A DNA stretch of 64,000 nucleotides, taken from NCBI GenBank assembly GCA_046563655.1, contig CM102287.1, forward strand, positions 3,286,001 to 3,350,000. Reading direction: 5' to 3'. Positions within the stretch are counted from its first letter, which is position 1. Every line of letters starts with the position of its first letter. The notes below the pieces were generated by a model. It did no database searches. It was not told where the DNA came from and saw nothing but the letters and a program-made list of their open reading frames with translations. Below are positions 38,329 to 52,124 of the stretch, piece after piece. Made by a program: the position numbers and the translations under genes. This stretch comes from Yuukianura sp. NJ FZ-2021 (lineage: Eukaryota).

Positions 38329-41300
38329 TCACATCTGCTGCGTCGAATTCCCATTGTACGTCCCCTGCTCATCATCAGAATCACTCTGATTCGTTGGAAA
38401 TCGATGAATATTTCCCTCCACTCTCCCGAAACTGAAAACAGAAAACCAAAATTTCAAAATTTCGAAAATAAAGTTACTCTCCAAAACCGAAAATTTACAA
38501 ATTCGCAAACTTTGGTAGTACAACTACAACTATCTAGTTAGTTCCAACAAGTTTGTAGTTTCGCTAGTTTCTAAACAAAAGTTGCAAATTAAGTTTCATA
38601 ACTTTCCTGGCCTAACTTTTTTTAAAGTTTACTTTCACTTGTGCTGGCTATTCAAGCTAAGAATGCTTCCAGTATTCCTTTCTTACTTGGCCATCATCTC
38701 TACTTTGAAAAGTTTAATTCAATTGAATTCAAGTTGACTAACAGACCATGAGAACTTTCTCTTCCTTCTCTCACAAGCAGGAAAAGACTTTCTCCATTTT
38801 CAAAGTGGAATCCCATGCCATCGGAAACCTAATTATGCAGCTTTCTCCAAAATGACTTTCACTCCTCATTTCAAAACCAGCAGGATCCATAGTTTTGCCA
38901 ATTTGCTCAACAACAATTTCGTCAACTACAAAACTGTCAACAGCAGTGTCATCTCCACAAAACCTTCTGCAAAACTTGCCAAACACTATCAACACTATCA
39001 AAATTCTCAGGAGAAAAAAACTTCTTTTTCTTCATTTTTTTTCAAAATTTGCGAAATATCTACGCCACTAAAATTCCTCGATATCCAGATTATGCAAACT
39101 TTTAAAAATTTTAGTTTTTGACAGGACAATAGAGGGTGAGCTTGGTGAGCAGCAGAAAAACAAGACAAATACCGGGTGTTGTGAAAGTAAATTGTTGACC
39201 ATTTTGCTGTTGGCCGGTTTTGTAGTTGGTCGTTTTGCCCTGACTGAAGAACCTTACACTCGCGATTCACTCAACGTTCAACTGCGACGTTATCCAGAGT
39301 CTTTCCTGGACCACGCCTGAATACCTTAACAAGAGGAAGCCCTTGACACTCCCCTTCCACAATCCCAGCAAACTTCCATTCTCACTTTCCGAAATCACAT
39401 CTCACAGTGTGGACCAACACTTAATTAACATTTTGATGAGACTCCTTCCAGCTACTCATTTCACACTCAAACTACAAAATATAAATTAAACTCAACTCAT
39501 CCCGCCAAGGTTTGTTCACTTTGATTTTCTTTAACAGGTTGGGTGACGCCTCATCTTTTTTAGATTTTGCAAAAAAAAAAACTGTCTTTTCATTGCCTCA
39601 CCTTTGACCTTGACCTCTTTCAGCTCCAGTTCGTCTCTGTCTTGCTCCGTCTTCAGCACCACTGTTTGCACCAGCTCCAGGAAGCTTCCTGGGTGGGATC
39701 GACCTTGCCCCACCACCGCTAGAGGTGGATTGACCTTCTGGTGGGGCCGGAGTCCCACCAGGTCGAATCCAGGACCAGAGAAAAGTAAATGGAGACAGAA
39801 GGACTTGCATCACAGCGTAAAGCATCGGCATCATTCCACCGGCCCCACCACCCCCACGAGCCAAAATTGACGTTTCCGCATTCTGAAATCAAAAACGAAA
39901 AAAAAAATTAGAACTAAAATTTAGACAAAAATTTTCAACTACGTTTCTAGGAACTGTTTTGATGAAATGCTTTCTGTGAAGCACAAAAATTTCATTTGGT
40001 TCAGCAGGTTCTTCATTTCCGCTTCGCTAATTAAATTCCTCTTTTTCAACTCGGAATTCTCGAAACACGGGAAACGTTTCCAGGAATCCACTTTCTCAAA
40101 ATTTCATCTTTTTTCAAAATCTTTTCAAAAACATTTTTGAAAAGAAATACCTATAGAACGATTTTGAAATTTCTATGACCCTGGACACACTTTGAAAAAA
40201 CTTGAAAAATCTCCTTTCTCCGCCAATTCACTTAAAAACTGGTTTTCTACCACTTTCACCCCAAATGAATCCGAAACACTTCAGATTTTGGACAAGTTCT
40301 CATTAGACACGCGTCTGTCCAGAACTTTTTGGATCTCTCAAGAACAAGCCGCACGAGTTAGGTTAGGCGCCTAACTTAAACCTAACGTAAAACTAAGCTT
40401 ATCCACCAACTTTCTCCTCAGTATTTACCAAAGTCCAATTCAGGATAAGCTCCACTCACTTCAAAGCGTCTTACAACTTTCATTTTCTGATCCATAACCA
40501 ACACTCTCCTGCCAAAACTCCAAAACTCGTCTTTTCATCATCAAACATTCAATACTCCACAGTCACAATTTCGAAAACTTCAAAAAACTACTCTGCTGAT
40601 TACACGTATGCCACAAGTTTAGAAAAAAAAAAATTAAAGAAACATAAATTTTTCCTTCTCAAGCGAAACTATTGTCTTCGTTTGTGCAAATTTTGTTTCA
40701 GTTTTTGAAATTTTCAGCATAAAAGGCTTAAATCCGAATTTTTGTCGTCTGTCTTGTCACTTCCGAAAAACGGGAGCAGTAAAATTTTGACATTTTTTCC
40801 CCAAGGTTGACTCGAAATTCATAAAAATCCGAGAATCAAGGTCACTCCGTGTCTCTGAGATCGAAAAACGTAAACAAGTTTTTGCCAAGAAAGAAGTGAA
40901 AGGAGCCCTTAGAAAAAATTCCTTTCACTTTCTTCTCTTAAACTCCTTCGATTTTGTCCAACTTTTCCTGCTGTGACACGAGCGCTTTTTACTTTCTCAC
41001 AATTTTGAAAAGGAGGATCTCCTGGCCTAAATGTCAATAAATTTCACTTTATTTCGTTACACAAAAGTCCCACCTTCCAAAACTCCAGTTTACTACAACT
41101 TTCTCTCGAAAACCGTTCAAAAGTGGTTAAGCCTTAAGAGGAACCCGGGAAAATTCAAAACTCTGTGTGGTAATGATCCCAGTGCTCCAGGCACAACTCA
41201 CTGTCGCTTCACTTCTTTTGAGCTCCAAATCAAGTTCAACATACACCGTATATCTCATCCCAATCTACGCTTTTACGGTTATGACGAAAAAGTTTCTGAG

Positions 41301-44300
41301 AATAAACGACGTTCTTAAAACGTTTGTCGTGTCTAAATCTAAGCCTGCCTTGACAGGTCGTAAACATCCAGAAAAAAAACCATCCAGGAATCCTGAATAT
41401 ACTGGTCCAGCATTTCCTGAATATACTGGCCCAGCATTTCCTGGATATACTGCTCCAGCATTCCTGGATCAGTCAAGCATGAATCCCTCTGGAGCCCGAA
41501 AACCCAATAACAACAACTTTCTCTTCCAGAAGATCCTAATTAGCGACAAGTTTTTGACAACAAGCTGATCCAAGGTCACATGACAAAAGATGACCTTTGA
41601 CCTTTGCGCCGTGACCTTTGACCTTGTGACCTCTTACGGGAATGATTAGTAGAGTAGCGGTGGGTAGAAGTCCAAGATCTCTAAGCGAGTTGCCATAATC
41701 TTCCGGAGTGAAGGCTCGTCGTGGAAAGGCAATAGAAAGTGTAAATCCCCTGAAAAAACAAACAACCAAATCTTAAAAACCAAAAAACACACAACAAATT
41801 TTAAAAACAAACATCAAACAAAAAATCGCTTGAAAACTTTCTCTTTTTGACTACGGTGAAATCAATTTGAACTGATTTTCACCAGAAACTAGAAAATTCG
41901 AAATTTCCAAAACTGTAAAAACCGCTTGTTAGTGGTGACCTTTGACCTTTGTAAATAAACAACTCAAGATCAGTTTATCATTTTACTTTCCGGGAAGCGC
42001 CAAAGCGCTTTCTCCCTTCAAATGTAATTCTAGAAAAACATCCCCCAGGGGTAAATTTTTTTTTTGAAAAATCTAAAAAACGCGTCCAAAAAAAAGTAAA
42101 CTCGTTCTTCCGCTTCCTGGACTCGCAATTTATCTTTTTCGGTTTCTTTCCTCCCGACTTTTTAAAAGTTGCTCTGCCTCTACACTTCAAAACTGTAACT
42201 CTGCAGCCCTTAAAAAAAGGAATACTTTCCAGTTCTGCTGTTCTCACAAAGTTAGGCTAACCTAACGAAAACGAAGGAAAAGAGCAATTTCCTTCAAAGA
42301 TTAAAGTCATTGGAGTACTAAAAATCGGATCTTCGTAGATTTGAAGTTGTAGAGGACGCTATAACTAAAAAGTAGACTTCAAACGGAAGTGTCCTATTTC
42401 TTGGACCGGGAGTCTTAGATGTCAAGAAGTCATGTCCTCAAGGCCCAATTAACTTTCCACTTTCTTTCTCCTACCCAAAACCTAACTCTAACCTAATATG
42501 AGCCTAACTCTAACCTAATACTAGGCTAAACCTAACCAAAAACGACGAAACGCCGAGAGTCGTTTGTTTTTCTAGCACCACGGTGAAACAAAAACGCTTT
42601 TTAGCAAGAAAAATTGCTGCGTCTTATCTAAAAATGGGTCACACTTTTCGGCAGAACAGCAGAAACTGTGTGACTTTGGACATTTAGCTTCCTAAACCAT
42701 AAATTAAACCTGAAATCATTACGTTGTCGCTACTTTGTTACACTAATCCAATTAAATCTGCGAACAAGCAGAGCAGAAGACACATTTTTTGCAACTTTGT
42801 CTTCTGTCTCAGCATCTCTTGCTTACTAAACACTTTGACACTCCAATTGAATTAAAGCGTTCGCGTCGCGATGCTGGATGCTGTCAGCACATCGCTTTCA
42901 GAACAAGACTAAGCTTGTCACTTCAAAAACACTTTGAAGTTTAGTAGCAGGGAGGTTCATTTCGTTAGAAATTTGAACCTTGCCGCTACTTCAACCTCAA
43001 TCGAATTAGTGTCGTAATTAATTGAGGCTGATGTGGAATTTTTTTCTTGTTTTCAAAAAGAAAAGACAACTTACTTTCGAGGAATTTCGATATTTGCGGT
43101 GAGATATTCACGAACATCGTGCAGAGTTTGTTGAGGCTCAAAAGCATGTGAATGGGAAGAGCCATCAGGAAGTCGGAATTGGAGTCGAGCCAATCCAGTG
43201 TAGTTGGAAGCAGCGGGGTCACGACCGGAAGTAACTCTCGGAGCGGGAGGAGCTTGTGCAGGAGTTTCGGCTGCTCGAGCTGCTTGGGCACGAGCTTCAC
43301 GGTCAATCCGATCTTGAGCAATTTGGTCTTTGACGCGTTGACGTAAAGCGGCTTCTTCTTGTTTGTCCTTCCGACGTTCCTCTGCTAGTCGTTTCGTTTC
43401 TTCTTCCATTTGCCAGCGTTTGAGTTCTGCAACTTTCCTGCCCGCTTCACGTCTCTCGGTTTCACGACGTCTGGCTTCCTAAAGAAAAAACAAACCGAAT
43501 TGATGTTTTTATGAAAAACAAAGTTTTTAAGGTTTTTTGAGTACAAAAATTCAAATTCAGAATGTTTGAAACTTGCCGCATCTTCTTCTGCCTTCTTCTG
43601 AGCCTGTTTCGCTGCAGCGAGTTGCTTAGCTCGTTCGATTTTTTCCTCCAAAGTTGGTTCTGTCGTTGATGTTTCACTTGAAGCTGGTTGGGCATCTGAC
43701 GAAGACGGTTCTGGATTAGCGATACTCGATGCAGTTGGAGGAGACTGCGGAGCAGGAGTGGCTGAAGCTGATGTGGCAGGAGCTTGAGATGAACCGGTTG
43801 AGGTCAAACCGAGAGCTTCACGGTGCCGTTGCAGCGCAGTATCGAACCTTGACTTGAGTGTAGCAGGATCAACGTAGCCTGAAATGACTTGTACAGCGAC
43901 ACCGCCAGTGGTGATGCAATAAATAGATGGAGACGAAACGTTTGAATCTATTAGAACAACAGAACGGTAACATTCCAATTCGCTAATCTTTAAAAAAATT
44001 GGACATTTTGAACAGCGATGGGAAAAAATCTTACAGATGGCTCCGAACTGTGCAAATTCTTCACTGTTTGAATTAATACGAATCGATATGACCCCTTCCT
44101 TCTCAATCAACTTTTGGATGTCATTGGATTCCAAAGAAGTGAGTAATCCAGTAGAATTAGCATCTTCGCCTGTAAAACCATATGAATATTGATTAACAAA
44201 CGTTCCTTTCCAGAATGTTGTTACTCCAAGGACACAACGCAAAAAATTCTTACCAAAAATGGCGACGCAAAAGAGCGCTTTCTTTGCCTGTGCATGGGCA

Positions 44301-44335
44301 ACTGCTTCCGGGATAGTACCAGTGTACCACTTCAT
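38329..44335 (-). CDS. UBXN4: UBX domain-containing protein 4 (erasin; ERAD p97 adaptor)
   Basis: MKWYTGTIPEAVAHAQAKKALFCV thioredoxin-like start; coiled coil ALRQRVKDQIAQDR; UBX domain ARLQFRLPDGS...AFPRRAFT..DY..SLRDLGLLPTATLLIIP; hydrophobic hairpin; C-terminus EGNIHRF...TYNGNSTQQM*. Seven coding exons; intron 3 is GC-AG. Confidence 0.93.
41391..41468. repeat. 24-bp tandem repeat x3 (TCCTGAATATACTGGTCCAGCATT) in a UBXN4 intron
   Basis: Three consecutive near-identical units are visible. Confidence 0.8.
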
Positions 44336-45850
44336 GTTTCACCTCACCTTGACCTTTCAAATAAAAATACAACCATTAGGTATCAAGCGTGTTTAACTAG
44401 AAATTTTGTTTATTTTTGCTTAATGCCGTTTGTGCGGCAAAAATTTTTGAATCAAAGATATCTATGAACGTTTAACTATTATATAGTACTAGGTAGGCTT
44501 ACGGCACAAGTTGAATATTAATCTTTGGATAACTGTGAATTTGAAATTGCGAATTTGAGCAACTGGAAACTGAATTTTACAATTTGCGAAAAATACACGT
44601 CAAATAGAAAATGAATTTGAGCACAGCACAAGAATTTAAAATTGAGATCAGCTGATTTTCCACTCAACTGTCAACTCCCTACGCCCGCCTGCCGCACTAT
44701 GCTATACGTTGTGTTTAATAAATTAATTTATCTAAACCATTTACTCCTCACTTCATCAATTACATTAATCAACGGATCCTATTACATTAATTCCATGTTC
44801 TCGTAATAAGGTCAAGGGTCATGACATTGTAGTGAGTGACTAAATGACAGATAAGTCAGATTTTCCTCTTTTTTCAAAAAATTTCAATTTTTTTAGGATA
44901 TCTTCTCCCGCGGTTTTACTTATGTCTCAACGTATCATATTTTTTGTGTTGAACTTATACGGGAATGGTGTGATAAAAAATCTGGGAAGTTTGTGTATCC
45001 CTTCAGTTGCCCGCCTCGGCGCTTTTGTGTTTTTGTTACACGAAAAAAGCAAGAAAAAGAGTCAGTCGTTGATTAGCAGCGTTTGTCGTTGGTTGGTTAA
45101 TCGATTAATTGGGAGATTGCATTGTACTGAAACGGTAATCAAAACATAAGATTTTGGGTTGAATTGATTTGTCCTTGAGTGAGACTGACACAACTGTTCG
45201 TACACGTACACTAAGAAACCGTGACCGTGAGGAAGATCCCGGCTAAAGATTTTCGGTGTCGACGCGACGTGTCGACGTCCCAACCGTGACCTGACCTTTG
45301 CCATTCGAATTGCATAGTAATTGGAACATAGGTAAGGCCGAAATCTTCAGTTACTTACGTTAGTAATCTAAAGCTTTGGTGTTTGAGGGCTTACTTTGCA
45401 TGCTTAATGTGTTTAGAATTGGCATGGTTGACATTACAGTGTCAATTGGACACGTCGCGTAGTAATGGCTTGGAAGTTCCAAGTTGGAACGGAAGGAAGG
45501 GGTATGTCGCTGCTGTGTTAGCGGGTTGTCTGGGTCATTTGTTGACGCGTTGAGCCGAGCGTCGACCCACGTCTACGTCCATTGCAAATGCTTCCGATAC
45601 TAATTCTAGACTTGACTAGAAGTCTTCCGTTCTTTCTCTATTGCATGGTATTTGGCTCTTTTCAACTGAAATGACGACTGATTTTAATGAAATTGTTATG
45701 CGCGATTATCTAACTCCGCCTCTTTTGTTAATTTGTTGGTGTCCTAATGCTTTGTTTTACGGGAATTGACATTTGGTAGACGGCCTTTGCGAAATTGAAA
45801 AAAGTACGCAGATTTTTACTTCCTTTTCTGCATTTATTTTGAGATTTTAG

Positions 45851-45998
45851 CATAACTTCTACGGTGCTGCTGTCAGCCGGCCTCAGGCTGCTGTGTGCTA
45901 CAACAAGCAAGCGCCTAGTTCACCTCTCGACTGCTCCTTTTTCCGTTCTTACTATGGCTACAAAGTCAACTTCTGCAGCAGCTTCGAACAATTTGAAG
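45851..45998 (+). other. TOP2: Candidate alternative upstream coding exon of Top2 encoding a presequence-like peptide
   Basis: Open frame TVLLSAGLRLLCATTSKRLVHLSTAPFSVLTMATKSTSAAASNNLK ends at donor AAG|GTTCCA (45998). It splices in phase 0 to acceptor 46110/46111 (DCWSK-MSTKAD). Confidence 0.5.
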
Positions 45999-46125
45999 GT
46001 TCCAAAATTCCTAATTAACTGCGCGATAATCTTTTCCGTACATTAAACTAGATTGATCCATTCTTCTGAGTTTTCCAATTGATTTAATCGTTTGATTTTC
46101 GTTTTGGCAGGATTGTTGGTCCAAG

Positions 46126-49100
46126 ATGAGTACGAAAGCGGACCGGGATCCGGTTCCAATGGACGTAACCAACGATGTACAAGCTGCGAGTAAAAAGAAA
46201 AAACCAACTGCGATTGAAGAGATTTACCAAAAGAAGTCTCAGTTGGAACACATTCTTCTGCGTCCCGATACATACATTGGTAAGAATTCACAATTCAGCA
46301 CATTAGTTTAGCTTTTCTAAGAATTGGCAAACTTTTGGTATTATTTTCACACTTAAATCTGTGGTTTTTGTGTCAGGCTCCGTGGAACCGATCACAGAGA
46401 AGATGTGGGTTTTTGAGGACGGGAAAATGGCGCACAAGACGATCACTTACGTCCCTGGACTCTACAAAATATTTGACGAAATCTTGGTCAACGCTGCAGA
46501 CAACAAGCAACGTGACAAGAACATGGACACGATCAAGATTGACATTGATCAGTAAGCCTTTCTCTCATCAATTATCAGTATATTCTGATCAATTATCAGA
46601 ATATTCTGATCAATGATCAGAATCTGCTGATCATTAGTCCTTTGACTAATCTGTTCTTTTTGCGTTTTGAAACAGAGAGAGCAATACAATTGCAGTCTAC
46701 AACAACGGCCAAGGGATTCCGATTGTGGAGCACAAGGACGAGAAGATGATGGTTCCCACTCTGATTTTTGGTCACCTCCTGACATCCTCGAACTTCAATG
46801 ACGACGAGAAGAAAGTCACTGGTGGACGAAACGGGTACGGAGCCAAACTCTGCAATGTCTTCAGCACCAAGTTTACAGTTGAAACGGGGAATAGGAAGGA
46901 AGGAAAAGCCTTCAAACAGGTAAGCATGTTCAAAAAAAAGTTAAGTAGTAAAACGATTTTTATGAAAAATGTTCATGTCGTTTTTTGTTTCGTTTCCAGA
47001 CGTGGGAAAACAACATGTCGAAGGCCCATCCACACAAAATTACTGACCGAATTGGTGACGACTTTACGCGAGTGACATTTCAACCAGATCTCAAGAAATT
47101 CAATATGCAGACGCTGGAGAACGACGTTGTGGCTTTGTTCCAGCGACGGGCTTATGACGTCGCCGGAACGTCTGCAGGCGTCAAAGTATTTCTCAATGGC
47201 AAACGATTACCGGTAAGACACCCAAGCTGAGCCTTGTTTCAACTTTTAACCTTGTTTTAACACCAAGTTTTAACTTTTAACTTAACTTTTCAGGTGAAAA
47301 GCTTCAAGGATTATGTTGATCTGTTCGTGAAGGATCTTGTAGACCAAGCCGACAATCCAGTGAAGTGCGTTTGGGAAAAATGCAACCCACGATGGGAAAT
47401 TGCCGTTTGTCCTTCTGAGGACAACTTTCAACAAATCTCATTTGTCAACAGTATTGCCACTACTAAGGTAAAAGGGTACTTCAAGTTCAAAATTTCATGA
47501 AATTTTGAAAATTTTGAGTTTTTTCATGTTTTTTTTTGTTTCAAATTGTAGGGAGGTCGACATGTAGACTACATTGCTGACATGGTAGGGAAACAGTTGG
47601 TTGACGGTGTCATGAAAAAGAACAAAGGCGGAATTGCTGTCAAACCAGCCCAGATTCGGAATCATATGTGGGTGTTTGTCAACTGTTTGATTGAAAATCC
47701 AACATTCGACTCTCAGACAAAGGAGACCATGACGCTTCAAGCGCGACAGTTTGGGTGAGTTTGACAATGCTGATGCTGATGCGGCAATCAAATCAGTACT
47801 TCTGAGGCTGCCATTTCCAATGAACGCTGATGCTGACAATATCTTTATTTATGGCTAGATCTAAATGTGAACCGTCGGCTAAATTCTATGCGAGTGTGCA
47901 AAAATGCGGGATCGTTGAGAGCGTCGTGTCTTGGGCCAAGTTCAAGCAAGACCAAATCAAGGACAAGGCTGGTGGGAAGAAGACGAACAAGATCAAAGGA
48001 ATTCCGAAACTGGAGGATGCTAATGACGCTGGAACGAAGAATTCCATGGCATGTACGCTCGTGTTGACTGAGGGAGATTCAGCCAAATCGCTGGCAGTGG
48101 CTGGACTCGGAGTTATTGGCAGAGATAAGTATGGCGTGTTTCCACTTCGGGGAAAACTTTTGAACGTTCGTGAAGCTTCTCATAAGCAGGTAACATCAAA
48201 AAATATGAAACGACAACCGACTTTTTTAAAACTTTTTCTTTGTTTTCGAATTCTGACAATGTTCGTTTTTTTTTTAGATTGTGGAGAACGCGGAAATCAA
48301 TGCAATGGTGAAGATCCTGGGATTGAAGTATAAGCAAAAGTATGATTCAGTCGATGAGATGAAATCGCTGCGTTATGGCAAGTTGATGATCATGACTGAT
48401 CAGGATCACGACGGTTCTCACATCAAAGGTCTCATCATCAACTTCATTCACCACAATTGGCCAAGTCTCCTCAAGAGAAACTTCATTGAAGAGTTCATTA
48501 CTCCAATTGTCAAAGTTACCAAAGGAAACGAAGTCCTTTCGTTCTTCTCAATGCCAGAACTGGACGACTGGAAGTCAAATACTCACAACTGGAAAACTTA
48601 TAGGATCAAGTACTATAAGGGTCTGGGTACTTCAACTTCAGCAGAAGCCAAAGAGTACTTCAAAAATATTGAACGACATCGAATCAAGTTTCGATACGCT
48701 GGAACCACCGATGACGATACCCTGACAATGGCTTTTAGTAAGAAGTGTGTTGAACAACGGAAGGATTGGCTCACCAATTGGATGGACAGTTGCAAACGAC
48801 GCAAGGAGTTGGGCCTGTCCCAGGAAATCATCTATGGACAAGATGTCCGGTCCATCACTTACTCCGAATTTGTCAACAAGGAGCTCGTCCTGTTCTCAAA
48901 CCTGGACAATGAGAGGTCAATTCCTTGTATCGTCGATGGATTCAAACCAGGTCAACGCAAAGTCCTTTTTACTTGTTTCAAGCGAAATGACAAGCGGGAG
49001 ATCAAAGTGGCTCAACTGGCTGGATCAGTTGCTGAACACTCGGCTTATCACCATGGTGAAGCGTCACTCATGTCCACGATTATCAATTTGGCCCAGAACT

Positions 49101-51595
49101 ATGTCGGAAGCAACAACATCAACCTACTGGAACCCAATGGTCAGTTTGGCACGAGACTCCAAGGGGGCAAGGATGCTGCATCACCTCGTTATATTTTTAC
49201 GCTCCTCAGTCCCATGGCTCGCATCATTTTCAATCCCCTGGACTCTCCACTCCTGCGTAATTTGTATGACGATAATCAGCGAATTGAGCCGGAGTGGTAC
49301 TGTCCGATCATTCCAATGGTCCTGGTCAACGGAGCCGATGGAATCGGTACTGGCTGGATGACGAGAGTTCCGAACTTCAATCCGAGAGAGATTGTTGCCA
49401 ATTTGCGAAAAATGATCATGGGAGAGGAACCGGAGCACATGAAACCATGGTACAAGAATTACAGAGGTAAAAAATTTCAGGAATTCCATAATTTATTTTT
49501 AAACGCAAAGCTGTTAGTATTTTTAACTTCTTATTTTGATTTTCTAATGTTTTTTTCTTTTAAATTTCTAGGTGAAATTGTTGAACTATCTCCGCAGAAG
49601 TACGCCATTTACGGTGAAGTTTCAATGTTGGACGAGACAACTCTAGAAATTACAGAACTCCCTATTGGAACCTGGACACAGCACTACAAGGAAAGTGTCA
49701 TTGAGGTGCTGACCAATGGAAATGAGAAGGTCAATGCAGTTGTAAATAACTACAAAGAGTACAATACCGACACGACTGTTCGGTTCGTCCTCAGCGTCAA
49801 ACCGGAGACGATGAAAGCTTGGGAAAAAGAAGGATTTCACAAGGCACTCAAAATCCAATCCACAACAAATCTCACTTCCATGGTCCTGTTTGACAAGAAC
49901 GGATGCTTGAGGAAGTACGAGACACCATTGGACATCCTCAAGGAATTCTTTGAACTGCGCATGAGTCTGTACGTGAAGAGACGAGAATACTTGATTGGAC
50001 TGCTGTCTGCCGAAGCACTCAAACTGAGCAACCAAGCTCGATTTATCCTGGAAAAGTGTGATGGAGACCTCGTCGTTGAAAATAAAAAGAAGAAACAACT
50101 TATTGAGGAACTGATTGCTCGAAAGTACGATTCGGATCCAGTCAAAGCATGGCAGAGTCGTCAGAAATCGCTGCAAGATCAAGAGCGAGAAGCCGAAGCG
50201 CGCCAAATCGAAGCCGAGGAAGAAGGAGCAGAAGCCGAAGAAGAGGCAGAAGAGGGGAGAGATTTTGACTATTTGCTGCAGTTGCGAATTTTGAATTTGA
50301 CTTTGGAGAAGAAAGAGGCTTTGCTAAAAGAACGGGATAACAAAAAACAGGAGCTGGAGATCATCAAGGCCAAAACTCCCGCGGATTTGTACAATGACGA
50401 TCTGGATGTTTTTATGACCACACTGGACAAGGTGGAGCAAGCTGAGATGGAGGAGGAGCTTAAGGGCAACAAAAAAGCGAAGTATGAGAAAATCGCTGCC
50501 GCTGCAGACAAGAAGAAGGGAGGAGTGAAAGGCAGAGGGTCAGACAAGCGATTGAGCATTGCTCATGTAGATACTTTGCCATCTTCTGGAGCTGAACGGA
50601 TTGAACCAATCGTTGACGAGCTGATGAAGAAAGAGGAAGCGAAGAAGGTCAAGGGAGAGAAGAAGCCGAGAGTGAAGAAAGAGAAGAAGGAAGACATGGA
50701 CGAATTTGATCTCATGGCGGATGACAAGGACTCACTCTTTGACAAAATTTTGAGTTCGGCTGAAGGCAAGAAAGTCCCGATGAAGAAAGTCAGAGCCAAG
50801 AAAAACGGCGGAAAAGACGGACTGAAGCAAACTACGCTCAGTTTTACGAAGAGAGAGAAGAAATCTTCGTCGTTGTCACCAAAGAAGAAGGCGGCGCCCA
50901 AGAAGGACAAGGAGTTTGACTCGACCGGGAGTGAAGATGAAGAGAGTTCGGTCAACTTCGGCAGCAGCGATGAAGAAAGTTTTGTAGCCCCGAAGAAGAA
51001 GAATCCTGAAGTAATCGCTGCTAAACCGAAAATAAATATTTTGTCCTCGGACGAAGAAGACGTGAAACCGTCAACGAACTTCGGAGCTGAAGCCCTCAAG
51101 AAAATTTTCCCGGGAGCCGCCAAAGCTAAACTGACGCTGCCAAGGAAAAAAGCGCCACCTAAAACGAAAGATGCTTTTTCGCTTGATTCGGATTCCGAAT
51201 CCGGTTCGGGCAGCGATTCGGACGGTGGAGGTGGTAAGAAAGGCAAGAAGAAGACTGCAAGCAAAGCACCGCCAGCGAAAAAAGGACCTCCGCCGCGCAA
51301 GGCAGCAACGATTGCAGCCGTGAAGCAACTGGTGACGCTGGATTCGGACTCGGACGATGAGGATTTCAAGACCAAGGTCAACGGAGTGTCGAACAACAAG
51401 GACTCAAGGTCACCGTCACCCACGCCAGTGAAGAAGGGAGCAACGAAGAGACCTACCGGTTCGCGTGCCGGTCCGGCCAAGAAGACGTACCAGATCAACT
51501 CGGATTCCGACGATTCCGAAAATGGATTCAAAGTGCCGGATGATTCGTCTGAGGATGAGTATAAACCGTCTCCGTCGAAACGACGCAAAGTCTAA
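46126..51595 (+). CDS. TOP2: DNA topoisomerase II (type IIA)
   Basis: IYQKKSQLEHILLRPDTYIG, GLYKIFDEILVNAADN, TGGRNGYGAKLCN, LTEGDSA, PLRGKLLNVR, IMTDQDHDGSHIKGL, YYKGLGTS, DGFKPGQRK, AYHHGE, active-site ASPRYIF, and a K/D/E-rich CTD ending in NLS-like PSKRRKV. The 1104-aa ORF includes a 105-nt intron (49467-49571). Confidence 0.98.
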
Positions 51596-52124
51596 GAAAA
51601 GTACTGGCAGTACTTCCAGTACTACTGGTGAACTTAACAACAATTTAGTAACTGAATAACTCACTTTCTCATAACATTTACTCAATAGCACACAAGTTCT
51701 TACTTCTTTTGAAAATATTTCAACTAAACTGTTATGTTAATTGATAATCGTAAGTTAACTTTAAATAAATAAATTACAATTTCATCAGTGCGTTTTTTGG
51801 AAAATTTTAGATGTTGGAAATTAACATTATATTTATGAGAATTTGTGTTCTGCAACTTGAGCCGGCCAGTAGAGTTGCAGGAATTGCTAAAAAGTTGCAA
51901 TTTTTAGAATTTTGTGATCTTAGGATTTAGGAATCATAAAGTTTTAGTGTAGTTTTTGGTAGAATTAACACTTCAGATAGGATGTTGTACGGAGCGAAGA
52001 AGTAGATAGTAGGAGAATAATTTTTAATATTCCAATTTTTTTATCCAAGAAGTCATAATTTTCTAAAAACATTTTTAGAGTTGTGTATAGAAAAAGTAGG
52101 ATTTTCTGGATTTTTCTGTAGTTT

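Noticed and set aside
42478..42540. CCTAA-rich patches resembling arthropod (TTAGG)n telomere repeat (also ~29755-29920)
   Set aside because: Short, degenerate and interspersed; not a true telomeric array.
49467..49571. 35-aa hydrophobic 'insertion' in the Top2 ORF (intein or TM segment)
   Set aside because: It has GT...AG ends, a poly-T composition and a 105-nt length; it is an ordinary intron that happens to be in frame.
50563..51588. 341-aa antisense ORF and other overlapping ORFs in Top2
   Set aside because: Shadow frames of the low-complexity K/D/E/S-rich Top2 C-terminal exon.
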